Source of the DNA: Vicugna vicugna
Taxonomy: Eukaryota
NCBI GenBank assembly: GCA_013265495.1
Contig: MU058824.1
Coordinates: 1,143,111 to 1,207,110, forward strand
Direction of reading: 5' to 3'
Length of the DNA: 64,000 nucleotides
The notes under the pieces are model-generated. The model was not told the origin of the DNA, searched no databases, and worked only from the letters and a program-made list of their open reading frames with translations. The translations under genes and the position numbers were made by a program. Position 1 is the stretch's first letter, and each line of letters starts with the position of its first letter. Of this stretch, positions 1-13,000 are shown in pieces.

Positions 1-291
1 TATTCTCGTATGATATTCTGTATTTCTATTTAATTTGTTGTAATTTCTCCATTTTCCTTTCTTATTTTGCTAATTTGTGCTCTCTCTTTTTTCTTCTTTG
101 TGAGTTTGGCCAGAGGTTTGTCAATTTTATTTACTTTTTCAAAAAAACAGCTTTTGGTTTGATTGATTTTTTCTGTGGTCTTTTTAACCTGTATTTTATT
201 TATTTCCTCCGTAATCTTTATAATTTCCTTCCTTCTGCTGCCTTTTGGGGTTTTTGGTTCTTCTTTTTCTAGTTCATTCAGCTAGTGGGTT

Positions 292-328
292 NNNNNNNNN
301 NNNNNNNNNNNNNNNNNNNNNNNNNNNN
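292..328. other. Assembly gap (37 N)
   Basis: Run of n. Confidence 1.
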
Positions 329-984
329 CTCTTAGCACTGCCTTTGCTGTGTCCCATAGATTTTGAGTGGTTGTGCTTTCATTGTCATTTGTCTCAAGGT
401 ATTTTTTAATTTCAGCTTTGATTTCCTCATTGACCCATTGGTTTTTTAATAGTGTATTGTTTAATCTCCATGCTTTCCTTTTTTCCTCCTTTGTTTCTCT
501 CTGTTGATTTCTAGTTTCATGGCATTGTGGTCAGTAAAGATGCCTGAGATAATTTCTATCTTCTTAAAATTGTTGAGGTTTCTTTTGTGCCCAAGTACAA
601 GATCAATCCTAGAAAATGTTCCATGTGCACTTGAAAAGAACGTATATCGTATTTTTGGGGGGTGTAATGCTCTGAAAATATCCACCAAATCTAATTTTTC
701 TATTGTATTATTTAATTTCTCTGTTGCCTTGTTTATTTTCTGTCTGGAAGATCTGTCTAGTGATGTTAATGCGGTGTTAAAACCTCCAACTATGATTGTA
801 TTTCCATCAATATCCCCTTTTATCTCTGTTAGTAATTGTTTTATTTACTTAGATGCTCCTATATTGGGTGCATATATATTAACGAGTGTAATATCCTCAT
901 CTTGTATTACTCCTTTAATCATTATAAAACGTCCTTCTTTATCTTTCTTTATGGCCTTTGTTTTAAAGTCTGTTTTATCTGAAA

Positions 985-1100
985 NNNNNNNNNNNNNNNN
1001 NNNNNNNNNNNNNNNNNNNNNNNNNNNNNNNNNNNNNNNNNNNNNNNNNNNNNNNNNNNNNNNNNNNNNNNNNNNNNNNNNNNNNNNNNNNNNNNNNNNN
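985..1100. other. Assembly gap (116 N)
   Basis: Run of n. Confidence 1.
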
Positions 1101-1260
1101 AAAAAAATTCTATATTTTCCTGCCTCCCTCTCCCACTCTCAGTGATTTAGATGTCTTCTTTTACAATTTTGTGTTTATTTTATTTGTAATTCATGAGTTA
1201 TCACCTTTCCAGTTGTGAGTTTCTCATTTCTGTAGCATCCTGCTGCTTTTCTATTTAGAG

Positions 1261-2815
1261 TAAGTACCATGCTATTTTGATTACTGTAGCTTTGAAGTCA
1301 GGGACAGTGATTCCTCCACCTTTGTTTCCACCGCCCGTCCCCTCTTCAAGATTGCTTAAGCAATTCAGGGTCTTTTTTGACTCCATGTAAATTTTAGGAT
1401 TATTTGTTCCAGTTCTGTGAAAAATGTCCAGGGTATTTTGATAGGAATGACATTAAATCTGTAGATTCCTTTGGGTAATATGGCCGTTTTATTAATTCTT
1501 CCAATCCAAGAGCATGAGATATCTGTTCATTTCTTTGAATCATCTTCAGTTTTCTTCATCAGTGTTTTTATAGTTTTCAGAGTATGGGTCTTACACCTCC
1601 TTGGTTAAGTTTATTCCTAGGTATTTTATTTTTTTGATGTGATTTTTAAACAGGATTGTTTTACTTTCTCTTACATTTTATAATTAGTGTATGGAATGCA
1701 ACAGACTTTTTTATATTAATCTTGTACTCTGTGACCTTACTGAATTCATTTATTCTAATAGTTTTTGTGTGGAGACTTTAGGGCTCTTGATGTAGAGTAT
1801 CATGTCATCTGCAAATAGTGACAGTTTTACCTCTTCCCTTCTCCTTGGGTGCCTTTTATTTCTTTTTCTCATCTGATTGCTATGGCTAGGACTTCCAATA
1901 CTGTGTTAAATAGAAGTAGAGTGGGCATCCTTGTTCCTGAATTAAGTGGGGAGGCTTTCAGCGTTTCATTATTGAGTATTACGTTGGCTGTGGGTTTGTT
2001 GTGAATGGCCTTTATCATGCTGATACTCCCTCTGTACTCATTTTGATAGTTCTTATGAATGGACGTTGACATGTGTCCAGTGCTTTTTCCGCATCTATTG
2101 AGATAATTGTGTGATTTTTTAAATTCTTTTATTAATGTGGTATATCACATTTTTTGTTGTGCGTGTGTATGAATGAACTATGCTTGTGACCCTGAAATAA
2201 GTCAAACTTGATCATGGTGTATAATCCCTTTTATGTATTGTTAGATTCAGTTTGCTAATATTTTGAGGATTTTTGCATCTCTATTCATCAAGGATATTGG
2301 CCTGTAATTTTTTTTATAGTGTCTTTGTCTGGTTTTGGTATCAGGGTAACGGAGGCCTTATGGGATGAATTTGAGAGTATTCCCGCCTCAAATTTTTGGA
2401 ATAGTTTGAGAAGGATAAGTATAAATTCTTTATGTATTTTGTTTAATTCCCCAGTGAAGCAGTCAGGTCCTGGACTTTTGTTTGCAGGGAGGTTTTTTGT
2501 GCTGGTGATGATTTTGTGTTTTAACAGATTCTGCTTCATGTCTAGTGATTTGTCTGTTTCTTCTTGACTCAGTTTTGGCAGGCTGTGTGTTTCTAGAAAT
2601 TTGTCCATTTCTTCAAGGTTGTCCAATTTGTCGGCATGTAACTGTTCTTAGCATTCTCATGCTTTTTGATCTCTGTGGTATCGGTTATTTCTCCTTTCAT
2701 TTATTTTGTTTATTGGGGTTTTCTCTCTTCTTCTTGGTGAGCCTGGCTAAAGGTTTATCAATTTTTTAATCTTTTTTTAAAAAACAGGTCTTGATTTCAT
2801 CTTTGCTTTTTTTTG
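1261..2815 (-). mobile_element. Degenerate LINE-1 ORF2 (Z and RT region)
   Basis: Minus ORF pieces [53 protein letters not shown]. Confidence 0.92.
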
Positions 2816-2825
2816 TATTTATATA

Positions 2826-5142
2826 TATTTTTTATTGAAGTATAGTCCATTTACAAGGTGTCAATTTCTGGCGCACAGCATAATGTTTCAGTCATACGTG
2901 AACATACATATATTAATTTTCATATTCTTTTTCACCGTGTTACTACAAGATATTGAATCTGTGCTATAGTTCCCTGTGCTATACAGTAGGACCTTGTTGT
3001 TTAACTGTTTTGTGTATGTTAGTATCTGCAAATCTCAAACTCCCAATTTATCCCTTCCCACCCCTCTTCCCCAACTGGTAACCAAAAGTTTGTTTTCTAT
3101 GTCTGTGAGTCTGTTTCTGTTTTATAAATAAGTTGGTTTGTCTTTTTTTTGGTTTAGATTCCACATGTAAGTGGTATCATATGGTAATTTTCTTTCTCTT
3201 TCTGGCTTACTTCACTTAGAATGACAATCTCCAAGTCCATCCATGTTGCTGCAAATTGCATTATTTTATTCTTTTTTATGGATTTTATGGCTGTATTCCG
3301 TTGTATAAATGTACCACAACTTCTTTATCCAGTCATCTGTTGATGGACATTTAGGTTGTTTCCATGTCTTGGCTGTTGTAAATAGGGCTACTGTGAACAT
3401 TGAGGTGCATGGGTCTTTTTGAATTAAGGTTCCCTTTGGATATATGCCCAGGAGTAGGATTGCTGGATCATGTGGTAAGTCTATTTTTAGTTTTTTGAGG
3501 AATCTCCATATTGTTTTCTGTAACAGCTACCTCAAACTACATTCCCACCAACAGTGTAGGAGGGTTCCTTTTTCTCCACACCCTCTCCAGCAATTATCGT
3601 TTGTGGACTTTTGAATGATGGCCATTCTAACTGGTGTGAGGTGATACCTCATTGTAGCTTTGATTTGCATTTCTCTGATAATTAGTGATATTGAGCATTT
3701 TTTCATGTGCCTATTGGCCATTTGTATGTCTTCACTGGAGAATTGCTTGTTTAGGCCTTCTGCCCATTTTTGCATTGGGTTGTTTGTTTTTTTTTGTTAT
3801 TAAGTTGTATGAGCTGTTTATACATTCTAGAAATTAAGCCCTTGTCAGTCTCATCTTTTGCAAGTATTTTCTCCCATTCTGTAGGTTATCTTTTTGTTTT
3901 GCTTCTAGTTTTCCTTTGCTCCATATAAATTTTAATATGATTTGTTCTAGTTCTGTGAAAAATGTCCTGGGTAATTTGATAGGGATTGCATTAAATCTGT
4001 AGATTGCTTTGAGCAGTGTGACCATTTTAACAACATTGATTCTTCCAATCCAGGAGCATGGGATATTTTTCCATTTCTTTAAGTCTTCTTTAATTTCCTT
4101 AATCAGTATTTTGTAGTTCTTCATGTATAAGTCTTTCACCTTCTTGGTTACATTTATTCCTAGATATTTTACTACTTTAGGTGCTATTTTAAAAGGGACT
4201 GTTTATTTATTTTCTTTTCCTGTTTATTCATCATTAGTGTAAAGAAATGCAACATATATGCACTCAGTATAGGAGCACCTAAATATACAAAACAAATACT
4301 AACAGACATAAAGAGAGAAATTGATGGGAATACAATGATAGTAGGAGACTTTAACACTCTACTAACATTCTAGGACAGGTCATCCGGACAGAAAATCAAT
4401 AAGGCAATGGAGATACTAAATGACACAATAGAACAGTTGGACTTGGTTGATATTTTTAGGACATTACATCCCCCCAAAACAGAATATACATTCTTTTCAA
4501 GTGCTCATGGAACATTCTCTAGGATAGACCACATACTTGGGCACAAAAGAAGCCTCAACAAATTTAAGAGGATAGAAATTATTTCAAGCATCTTCTCTAA
4601 CCACAATGACATGAAACTAGAAATCAACCACAGGAAAACAAATGAGGAAAAAATGACAGCATGGAGACTAAACAGTATGCTCCTAAAAAAGTAATGGGTC
4701 AATAATGAAATCAAAGAAGAAACTAAAAAATACCTTGAGACAAATGGCAATGAAAACAGAACCACACAAAATCTATGGGATGCAGAAAAAGCAATCCTAA
4801 GGGAAGTTCATAATGATACAGGCCTTCCTCAAAAAAACAAGAACAATATCAAATAAACAACCTACCCTGTCATCTAAAAGAACTAGAAAAAGAACAAACA
4901 AAATCTAAAGTCAGCAGAAGGAAAGAAATAATAAAGATTAGGGAGGAGAGATAAAAATAGAGATTTAAAAAAATAGAAAAAAATCAATCAAACCAAGAGC
5001 TGGTTTTTTGAAAGAGTGAACAAAATTGACAGAACACTGACCAGGCTCACCAAGAAGGAAAGAGAGAGGACACAAATAAATAAAATAAATGAAAATGAAG
5101 AAATTACACCCACCACAGAAATACAAAAAAAGTCGTAAGAGT
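2826..5142 (-). mobile_element. Younger LINE-1 with 5' inversion: 3'UTR and ORF2 C-terminus on minus (~2826-4250), endonuclease segment on plus (~4252-5142)
   Basis: T-rich tail at the left; minus ORFs [26 protein letters not shown] and [17 protein letters not shown]; plus ORF 4407-4694 with the endonuclease motif. Confidence 0.88.
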
Positions 5143-5144
5143 AT

Positions 5145-7360
5145 ATGTCTTCCTAGGTAGAATATCCTAGGTTACAGGCTCTTCCCCTTTCAGGACTTTG
5201 AACATATCATGCCATTCCTTCTGGTCTGCAAAGTTTCTGCAGAGAAATCAGCTGATAGCTTTACCAGCGATTCCTTTGTGTCTGAATCTGTTTTTCTCTT
5301 GCTGCCTTTAGGATTCTGTTTAACTTTTGCCATTTTAATGATATGTCTTGGTGTAGGTTTGTTTGAGTTCATCTTGCTTGGGACCCTCTGTGCTTCCTGT
5401 ACCTGAGTATGTTTCCTTCTTTAGGCTTGGAAAGTTTTCAGCCATAGTTCTTCAAATACCTTTTCAATCCCATTCTCTCTCTTCTTCTGGAACCCTTATT
5501 ATGTGTTTGTTGGCACATTTTATATTATTACATAGATCTCGTATGTTGCTTTCATTTGTTTTTCTGCCTGCTGATATAATTGGGTGATTCTCCTTTATTC
5601 TGTGTTCCAGATCACTTGTTACCGAGTCAGCGATCATTTCTTTTATCTCAGAAATAGAATAATGTATTTCTGATTAGGTCTTCCTTATACTTTCTAGTTC
5701 CTTGTTAAAATGATCAGTGTTTATATCAGTACTCTTAGTTCAGTTAGCATTTTTATTACTAACTTTATAACCTAGTGTCTGGTAGACTGATTATTTGTTT
5801 CATTATTTTTCAGGGGTTTTCTCTTGCTCGTTTAATTGGGGTTCCTCTGCCTTTTCATTTTACTTAACTTTTTCTGTCTCTGAATTTAGGTGAAAGTTGT
5901 CTATTGGGGTATTGAAGGGTGTTTTTGTGTGGAAGCATCCCTATGTAGACTGCATGTGCCCAATGTCTTTGGTGCAAGGACTAGATTTGATGTGGATATC
6001 AGTCACATCCTTCCTCAGGGTCTGCTGGCCACTATGATTGGAGGTGTGACTGGTTTTGGAGAAGCTAAAGCCTGCTCAGAGTGTGCGGTGGGACTTCCTC
6101 TCTGCTCAATGTCTGTTTCAGCCATCCCTGGGGTGGGGTCAGCTCCCAAGTTGCTGGAGCAGAAGCCCTGAGGTTCAGGCTCAAGCAGTCTCTGTTACCT
6201 TTAAGTGTTTTCCCTCCGCCTCGCACGAGGGCTTTTGCCCCGAAGGAGAGGAGTGCTGCAGTAAGTGAGGCCCACGTGATTATAGAGGTCTGATGTGCTG
6301 CCTGTGTAGGTGTCTGTGGCTCTGCTCAGACACAGCCCAAGCTTGTGTCTTTTCCTCTGCTGTGTTGTCCCAGATCTAGTGCAATGTTGTGGCATGGAGT
6401 GGGTGGAGCCAGAGTGTTTGCTAGGCTGGGACTGGGGTTTGGGGCATTGTGGTTGCAGGAATTGAAGCAGCTGCACTGCTGTCAGAGGTCTATGCTGCTT
6501 TCCTAGCACAGTTTGAGAAAGCACCAACAGTGACTGCCACCATCCTACCTGGACCACACTCCAGGTCCCCAGGGCTGCTTTGGTGTCCTGAGATCAAGTC
6601 TGTTCTCAGGACCTGGCAGCCCTAGATCTGATGCCATGTTATGGTGCAGAGTGGGCAGGCTCAGTGTTCACTGCACTGGGAGCAGGGATCCTGGTATGTT
6701 GGTCATGGGAGTTTGAGCGGCTGGGCTGCCTATGTGGCTCTGTTTGAGTAACTGCCAACAGTAGTTGCTGCCGCCCCACCTGGACCACACCCCAGCCCCT
6801 CCAGGCCACCTGTCCCTAGATAGTCTTTTCCCAGGACTCAGCTGCTCTAGATCCTGTGCCAGCCTGTGGTGTGGAGTGTGTGGGGCCTGGGTGTTCCCCC
6901 AGGTAGGACTGGGGAATGCTGGAGGCAGCAGCCACTAGGGCAGACCTCTCTCTGCTCTGTCTGTTGGCAAGCCAGCATCTGCGCACTCGTAGCAAGTGGA
7001 GCCTAGGCTTCTCCAGCCTTTCTGTCTCAGTGGTTCTCCCAGCAGCCAAGGGTGCATGTCTCTTCTACACAGGACCTCACAACTGAGACGCTCAGTCTTT
7101 GGCTCAACCTACTCACTCCCCAGGGTGAGAGGCCACCTATGCCATCTTTCGTTTCCTCTTAAGACTCCTCAGAGGCACAGGTCCCGACCCAGTGCTTTTT
7201 CCCCTGTCTTATCTGGTTACTTGGGAATCTTTCTTGCAGCCTTGGTTGTACTTCTGCCAGTTTCCAGTTAGTTCTGCATGAAAATTGTTCCACATGGAGA
7301 TGTAGTTTTGATATTTGTGAAGATGAGCTCCACATCCTACGCCATCTTGATACCCTCTCT
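5145..7360 (-). mobile_element. LINE-1 ORF1 remnant and GC-rich 5'UTR with ~230-250 bp internal repeats
   Basis: Minus ORF PTPRHIIKMAKVK...LSADFSAETLQ (ORF1); 5' end carries AAGATGGCG (YY1-type) at 7340-7348; probably the 5' part of the 1261-2815 element. Confidence 0.85.
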
Positions 7361-7364
7361 CTAT

Positions 7365-9140
7365 ATTTAACTAATGAAGAAATTGTCCATGAGAAGAGAA
7401 ACTGTTTTCCAAAGGGCCTGTACCATTTTAAATTCCATCAATGTATGAAGATTCTAGTTTCCAGTCCTCGCCAACACTTGGTATTGTCTTTTAAAATTAT
7501 TCTTATAGCCATTATAGAGTGAAGTGGGTGCTTATTGTGGTTTTAATTTTATCAACAGTCTTAAATTGTTTACTAGCTATTCATGTATCTCTTGGAAAAT
7601 GTCTATCAAAGTTTTTGGCCACTTTTGATTGGATCATTTGTCTTGAGTTATGAGAGTTCTTTATTCTGAATATGTCTTTTATCAGATACATGATTTGTAG
7701 ACTTTTTCCCTCAGTTTTCAGTTCTCTCCCCTTAACAGTGATTCTTTTCTTAAGCTCGAAAGATTTTAACTTTGTCCAGTTTATGACCATGTTTTAAATT
7801 TTGCTTTTGGTGTCACACTGAAGTCTTGGCCTAATGAAAGGTCACAAAAGATTTTCTCCCACTTTCTTCTAGAAGTTGTGTAGCCTTTGCTTTTTATCTT
7901 TAGGTCTCTAATGAGGTAAGGGTCTTCCTGTCCTCTGTTTTCATATGCATATCCACTTGTCCCAACACCTTGTATTGAAGACTGTTCTTTCACAGTCTGA
8001 AATGTCTAGGCACATATGTCAATATGTATTTACATGTATTTACAGGTTTATTTCTGAACTCTGAATCCTGTGCCGTTGCTCTGTATGCCTATCCTCATGC
8101 CAACACTGTCTTGATTATTGCACCTTTTTAAGGTTTGAAATTGCGTAGGGGAATTCCTCTAATCTTGTTCTTTTTCAAAATAATTTTGGCTATTTGAGGT
8201 ACTTAGCATTCTCAAGGATCAGTTTATCAATTTCTAAACAAAGTCTGCTAGAATATTGGTATGGATTGAATTGAAGCTAGAGAACACTTTGGGGAGAACT
8301 ATCATTATAACAGTTGTGAATCTTCTAATCCACAAAAATTTGGGATGTTTCTTCATTTAGATCTTTATCTTCTCTCAGTAATTTTTACACTTTTTCAGTG
8401 AAACTTATTCTTGTATTTCTGATGCTATTATGAGTGGAAGTTTTTAATTCTAAGGGGATTGTTTATTGCTAATAGAGAATTTCAACTGATTTTTGTATAT
8501 TGATCTTGTATTATATAACCTTACAATTTATTCTGGTAGCTATTTTGTGGATTTCTGAGGATCATACAAGATCATGTCATTTATGAATAGTTTTACTTTT
8601 TCAGATTTGAATGCCTTTAATATTTGGATCAGGGAGAGATCAGGAACTGGATAGAACCGCCACTACAATGTTGAATAAAAATGTGTGGATATTCTTGACT
8701 TGCTCCTGGTTTCAGGAGGAGAGCACTCTTTCATCATTAAGTATATTAGCTGTGGAATTTTCATAGATTGAAAAATCCTTCACTTAGGCTGAGGAAGTTG
8801 CCTTATATTCCTAGTTTCAGTTTTTATCTTGAATGGGTGTTGAGTTCTGTCGAATGCTTTTTCCTGTGTCTATTTAGTTGGCCATGTGGATTTTATCATT
8901 TTATTAATATAGTATAAAACTTTTTGGATGTGAAATCGCATTTGCAAGTCTAAGATACATATTTGGTCCAGTGTATAAACCTTTTTACTTGCTGCTGCAT
9001 TCAGTTTGCTAATAGTGTGAAGGATTTGTGCATCTCTTTTCATGAGATCTAAATACCTCTCCAAATATGTGTATTTAAAACTAAATTTTCCTCTCAGCAC
9101 TACTTTAACTGAATACTATAAAGTTCAATATGCTCTATCA
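7365..9140 (-). mobile_element. Older L1M-type ORF2 and 3' fragments
   Basis: T-rich antisense L1 signatures (cctcgccaacacttggtattgtc; gtcttgattattg; caatgttgaata; minus peptide WTKLKSF). Confidence 0.8.
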
Positions 9141-10075
9141 AATCCACACCCAGGTCACCTTCGGCCATTCCATAGAGGATTGGCAGGCTCCTCTCAGCCC
9201 TGTGTACCTTCTTAGAGCATCTTCAGTTAGTCACTGTCCATTCTAGTTGCAAAAATCAGGTGAGATCATGCATATAAAAGTACTTGGACAAAACTCAAAT
9301 GCTAGATATTGGCAAGTACAGTCATCTCTCACATCTGGAATTAAATCTCAAAAGTGCATTTAACCTATCACTCGTTGCCCACATCTATTCCAGCTTGTGA
9401 ATCCAGTGACCATCTGATTTCTCTTGTGGGTATGAGGAGTGTCAAGCAGCAGCTCTGACTTTAGTGTTGATAGCCATACATGTTAGATGTTTTTTCTTTA
9501 AAACATCTAACATTACCGAGCCACAGCTCCCTGCACACCATCTAGTACAGCATTAATACCCCAAGTGCTGTCTACCACTCTCTGTGCGCATCACTGGTCC
9601 ACACCAGTACTCTCCTTTTGTCCCCTATTTTTCTTACACTCCCTCAACCATTTCTTTCCCCTTTCCCTTCTTTGAAATAGTTAAATTGCCAAGCCCCCTT
9701 TCTTATAATTCTATTCTTCCATAGTAGGAAAGTAAATAGTCATCTTACAAGATTTTTTCCATTTCTAACTCTTAAAAAAGTCATATGTGTCTGAGCCCTA
9801 CCTCTTGTAACATCACATTCTTCTATGCACTTTTCAGAAAAGTCCCACTGTTTTCTATGTCCTCAAATAAGAAATAAAAAAGCCGAGTTGCAAAATCTGT
9901 GCATCAGGCCGTATATGTAAAACCACTTTCTCTAAATTAGGAAATCCTAAAGGCAGAAGAGATGACTAGATAGAGATAAAGCTAGTTCTCCCTTCTATGA
10001 GTCTTATAAAACTACATGCTTTAAAGATAATCTTTCTTCTAATTTCTGACAAAAGCTGTACATCCTAGTGATGTC

Positions 10076-10081
10076 TTTATT
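10076..10081 (-). terminator. Candidate distal polyadenylation signal AATAAA
   Basis: tttatt on + strand, ~4.7 kb past the stop codon; C-rich run just upstream and a short U-rich stretch downstream in mRNA sense. Confidence 0.5.
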
Positions 10082-13000
10082 GTGGGGGCGGGGGGGGGTA
10101 CTCCTAAACCCAGTCTCTGAATTAAAGTGACTAGACTTGAATGAAAGAGCAATCCAGTCTGCACTCTCTCCCAGCGTTTGGGGGCCGCCCCTCCTCCCTC
10201 TACCACTTCCTCAGTTCTCTTGTCAGCCAAGTTCTCACTCCCAGGAGACGGACTATTCAAATCTACTCGAAAAAAAGCTTCAACAAATTTTTTTTCTCAC
10301 AAATCCTTAAATTAGGAAAGAAGATGAAAATTAATTTCCTTTGAAAATCATTGAAAACCTTTAAGAATCAAAATAACACCGCTGGAACACAAACTTAGCA
10401 AATCTGCTGAACCAGAGGCAGAAGCATTTCACATGTAGACATGTCTCATCCTCTCTGCTGACAGAACCGCCCTCAAGCAAGTGGAAAGAAACCCGCACAC
10501 ATGCAGATGCACCTTTGGACAGGCAGGCACTCCTCCAATATGTTATAATAATGCTGTAATATGTACTGGAGAGTCATGCAAAGACGCTAGTCTCTACCTA
10601 TAGCAACTCCATCACACTACAGCGTGGCTCACTCCAATACACACCTGATTTTAAATTATGCGTCTAGCACTTGGGAAAAAAAGTAATTTATTTGCATTGC
10701 TTCCATTTGTCTACTGTAGTGTTAGGACTGGACATAAGCATTATCTTCTACTTCCTATTTACAGTTCATTGAGAATATTACTACAAATACAATATACAAT
10801 TGTTAAAAACTTATGGGGAACTGAAGTTTGATTTTCTCTCCTCTTTACAGGCTTCTCAAAATCATTCAACTTAAATGAAAATTTATATGGACATTTTCTG
10901 TACACATCTTAAAGGGCAGAGATTACAGTAATAAAGCCAAAAGAATTTTGCACAAATACAATAAAATACAGAAAACAAAGTATACATGATGTTATTTGGG
11001 GTACAGATATAAACAATACAGTACCATTGGAGTAATTTAGCAACTTAATACTCATTCTTTATAGAAATAAAACTGCAAACTTGGAGAATGCTCTGACAAA
11101 TATTAAACATCATATATACAATGAGGTAAATGTACCTTGGTCTCTTGAGAGGTAATTTAAGTTTAAAGCAATTGATATTTTGAAGCATCTCCTTGACATA
11201 TAAAGAAATATCAAACACCCCATTCCATTGGCACAATGTGAAAAAGGGATATCAAAACATAGTTCATGATATTCAATTCACAAATCTTGTTTAAAAATAA
11301 AAACATTCACTGAAGTTCTTTTTAAGCTTTAAGAAACAGGTTGGATGTTATTAACTGTATTTTTTAAAGTTCACAATTGAAAATAAGACTGCATAATAGG
11401 GTTGAAAAGTTCGAATGTACTGACAATCCTCAGAACGTCCCGAAGTCCAGCATTCCTAGAGAGAGGGCCATGGGCATTCCAGCATTCCCAAACAGACACA
11501 AGAAGCCGCAGTACACGTCATGAGCTACCCTTTAGAATCTCAAAAATGTCTGAATTGGCATTTCCTGCCAAGCTGTGACAGAACCGTTATTTGGGCTCTC
11601 CACCATCTGGAGCCAGAGCACTGCCATGGTCAAGAAACAGTTTACTGCCAATCACTCTTTCAGTGCAGGAATTAAAAACTCTTGATATGACATGTCTAGT
11701 GGAATACTAATTTTGTTGTACATTTTACTTAGCACTTTGTCATCTTGTTTTACAAAATACTCTTACATGACAGTTCTCTGATGTAGGGGGTGAAAAAGGC
11801 AACTCGTGGATGAGCTGCAAAATGATCACATGAATTTTATAGTTAAGAACTGAAATTTTGTAGTAAGAACTGAAATTTAGAATTCTTGAGGCCATGGCAC
11901 TGTATACTGACTCAAGGCACTTCTGGAGCGTAACTACAGGCTCAGCTCTTTGGACCTTACCCTGTCCTACAGAGGATACAAATGGCCATTGCTTCTGGCA
12001 TGACTCCCACTGCCACAGCTACCACCGCACTGAGTCAAGGGCCAGCAGGAAGACAGGGTAGGAGAAAAAGAGCCAAGGGTATGAAGAAAGGACCAGGGAT
12101 GTCTACTAGGTCATACCCCTCCCATCCCCACTCCTCTGGGAGCACTGACAAAATGGAAGTGGACAGATAATTTGCCTGAAGGTATATCTTAGCCAAGTTG
12201 ATTCTTGGAAAGTGAGCATCTGAAGATAGGCAGTATAAACAAAGGCTTGTGTTCTTAAATGGTAAAAATTAATTCTCTAGTCAAATTTTTCTGCAATTTA
12301 TAGCCACAGTAATCGTGATCTATAAATCTTAAGTTACTTTAATTTTCAATATTACCCAGTTGAGGTTTATCAAACTGCCATTAGCCAAAAAAGGAATTAA
12401 TTAAAGTAACATGTAAACCCAAATTTGAACTAAATTCCAACTTTTAAAAAAATTCCCTGATTCATCAAAAGTACATTTTATTTAGGCAAGAACAGTAAAA
12501 CTGTAACTCAATTTTTTATTTAATGAAGAATCTCTTCAGCAAAAGCTGATTACCTTATATGAAAGTGAAAAATCATGTATCACAATTTTAAATCAGACAA
12601 GAACTTTTGGTATGTTCTTAAAATTATATAAAAATAGTTTCAGTGACAAAATGCATTGGTCCCCTGGATTTCATAAAGCAGATCTGGTAGGCTTGGAAAT
12701 GGCCAAAAAATAAAAAAGTACCTGATCACAAAGCTAGAGATTATTAAACAGGAAATATAACACAATTATAAAAACAAACTTCTCAAACTCACTCATTTGC
12801 TTTGATGAAATCATGGTAACTACAGAGAAGAAAAACTCAAAATTTGGAGTCAAAACATTAACCTCTAAACATTTTCCCCATGTTTTAAACACATGAAACT
12901 GACACTAAATTCCTATGTAATATGTCATTCATTCTAAAATTACTTTGGCTTTAAGACCAAATAGTCTTTCAAATGTATTCTAGGTATAAGAGATAAGACA

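Larger units (their letters stand above)
1..1260 (-). mobile_element. Relatively young LINE-1 fragment (ORF2 endonuclease region), broken by assembly gaps
   Basis: Minus ORF 461-688 DIFRALHP..YTFFSSAHGTFSRID..LGHK is the L1 APE endonuclease motif. Confidence 0.93.

Noticed and set aside
504..1145. 213-aa plus-strand ORF
   Set aside because: Antisense frame of L1 ORF2 that runs through an N gap.
4407..4694. Endonuclease-like ORF as a host gene
   Set aside because: Fragment of L1 ORF2 in a rearranged element.
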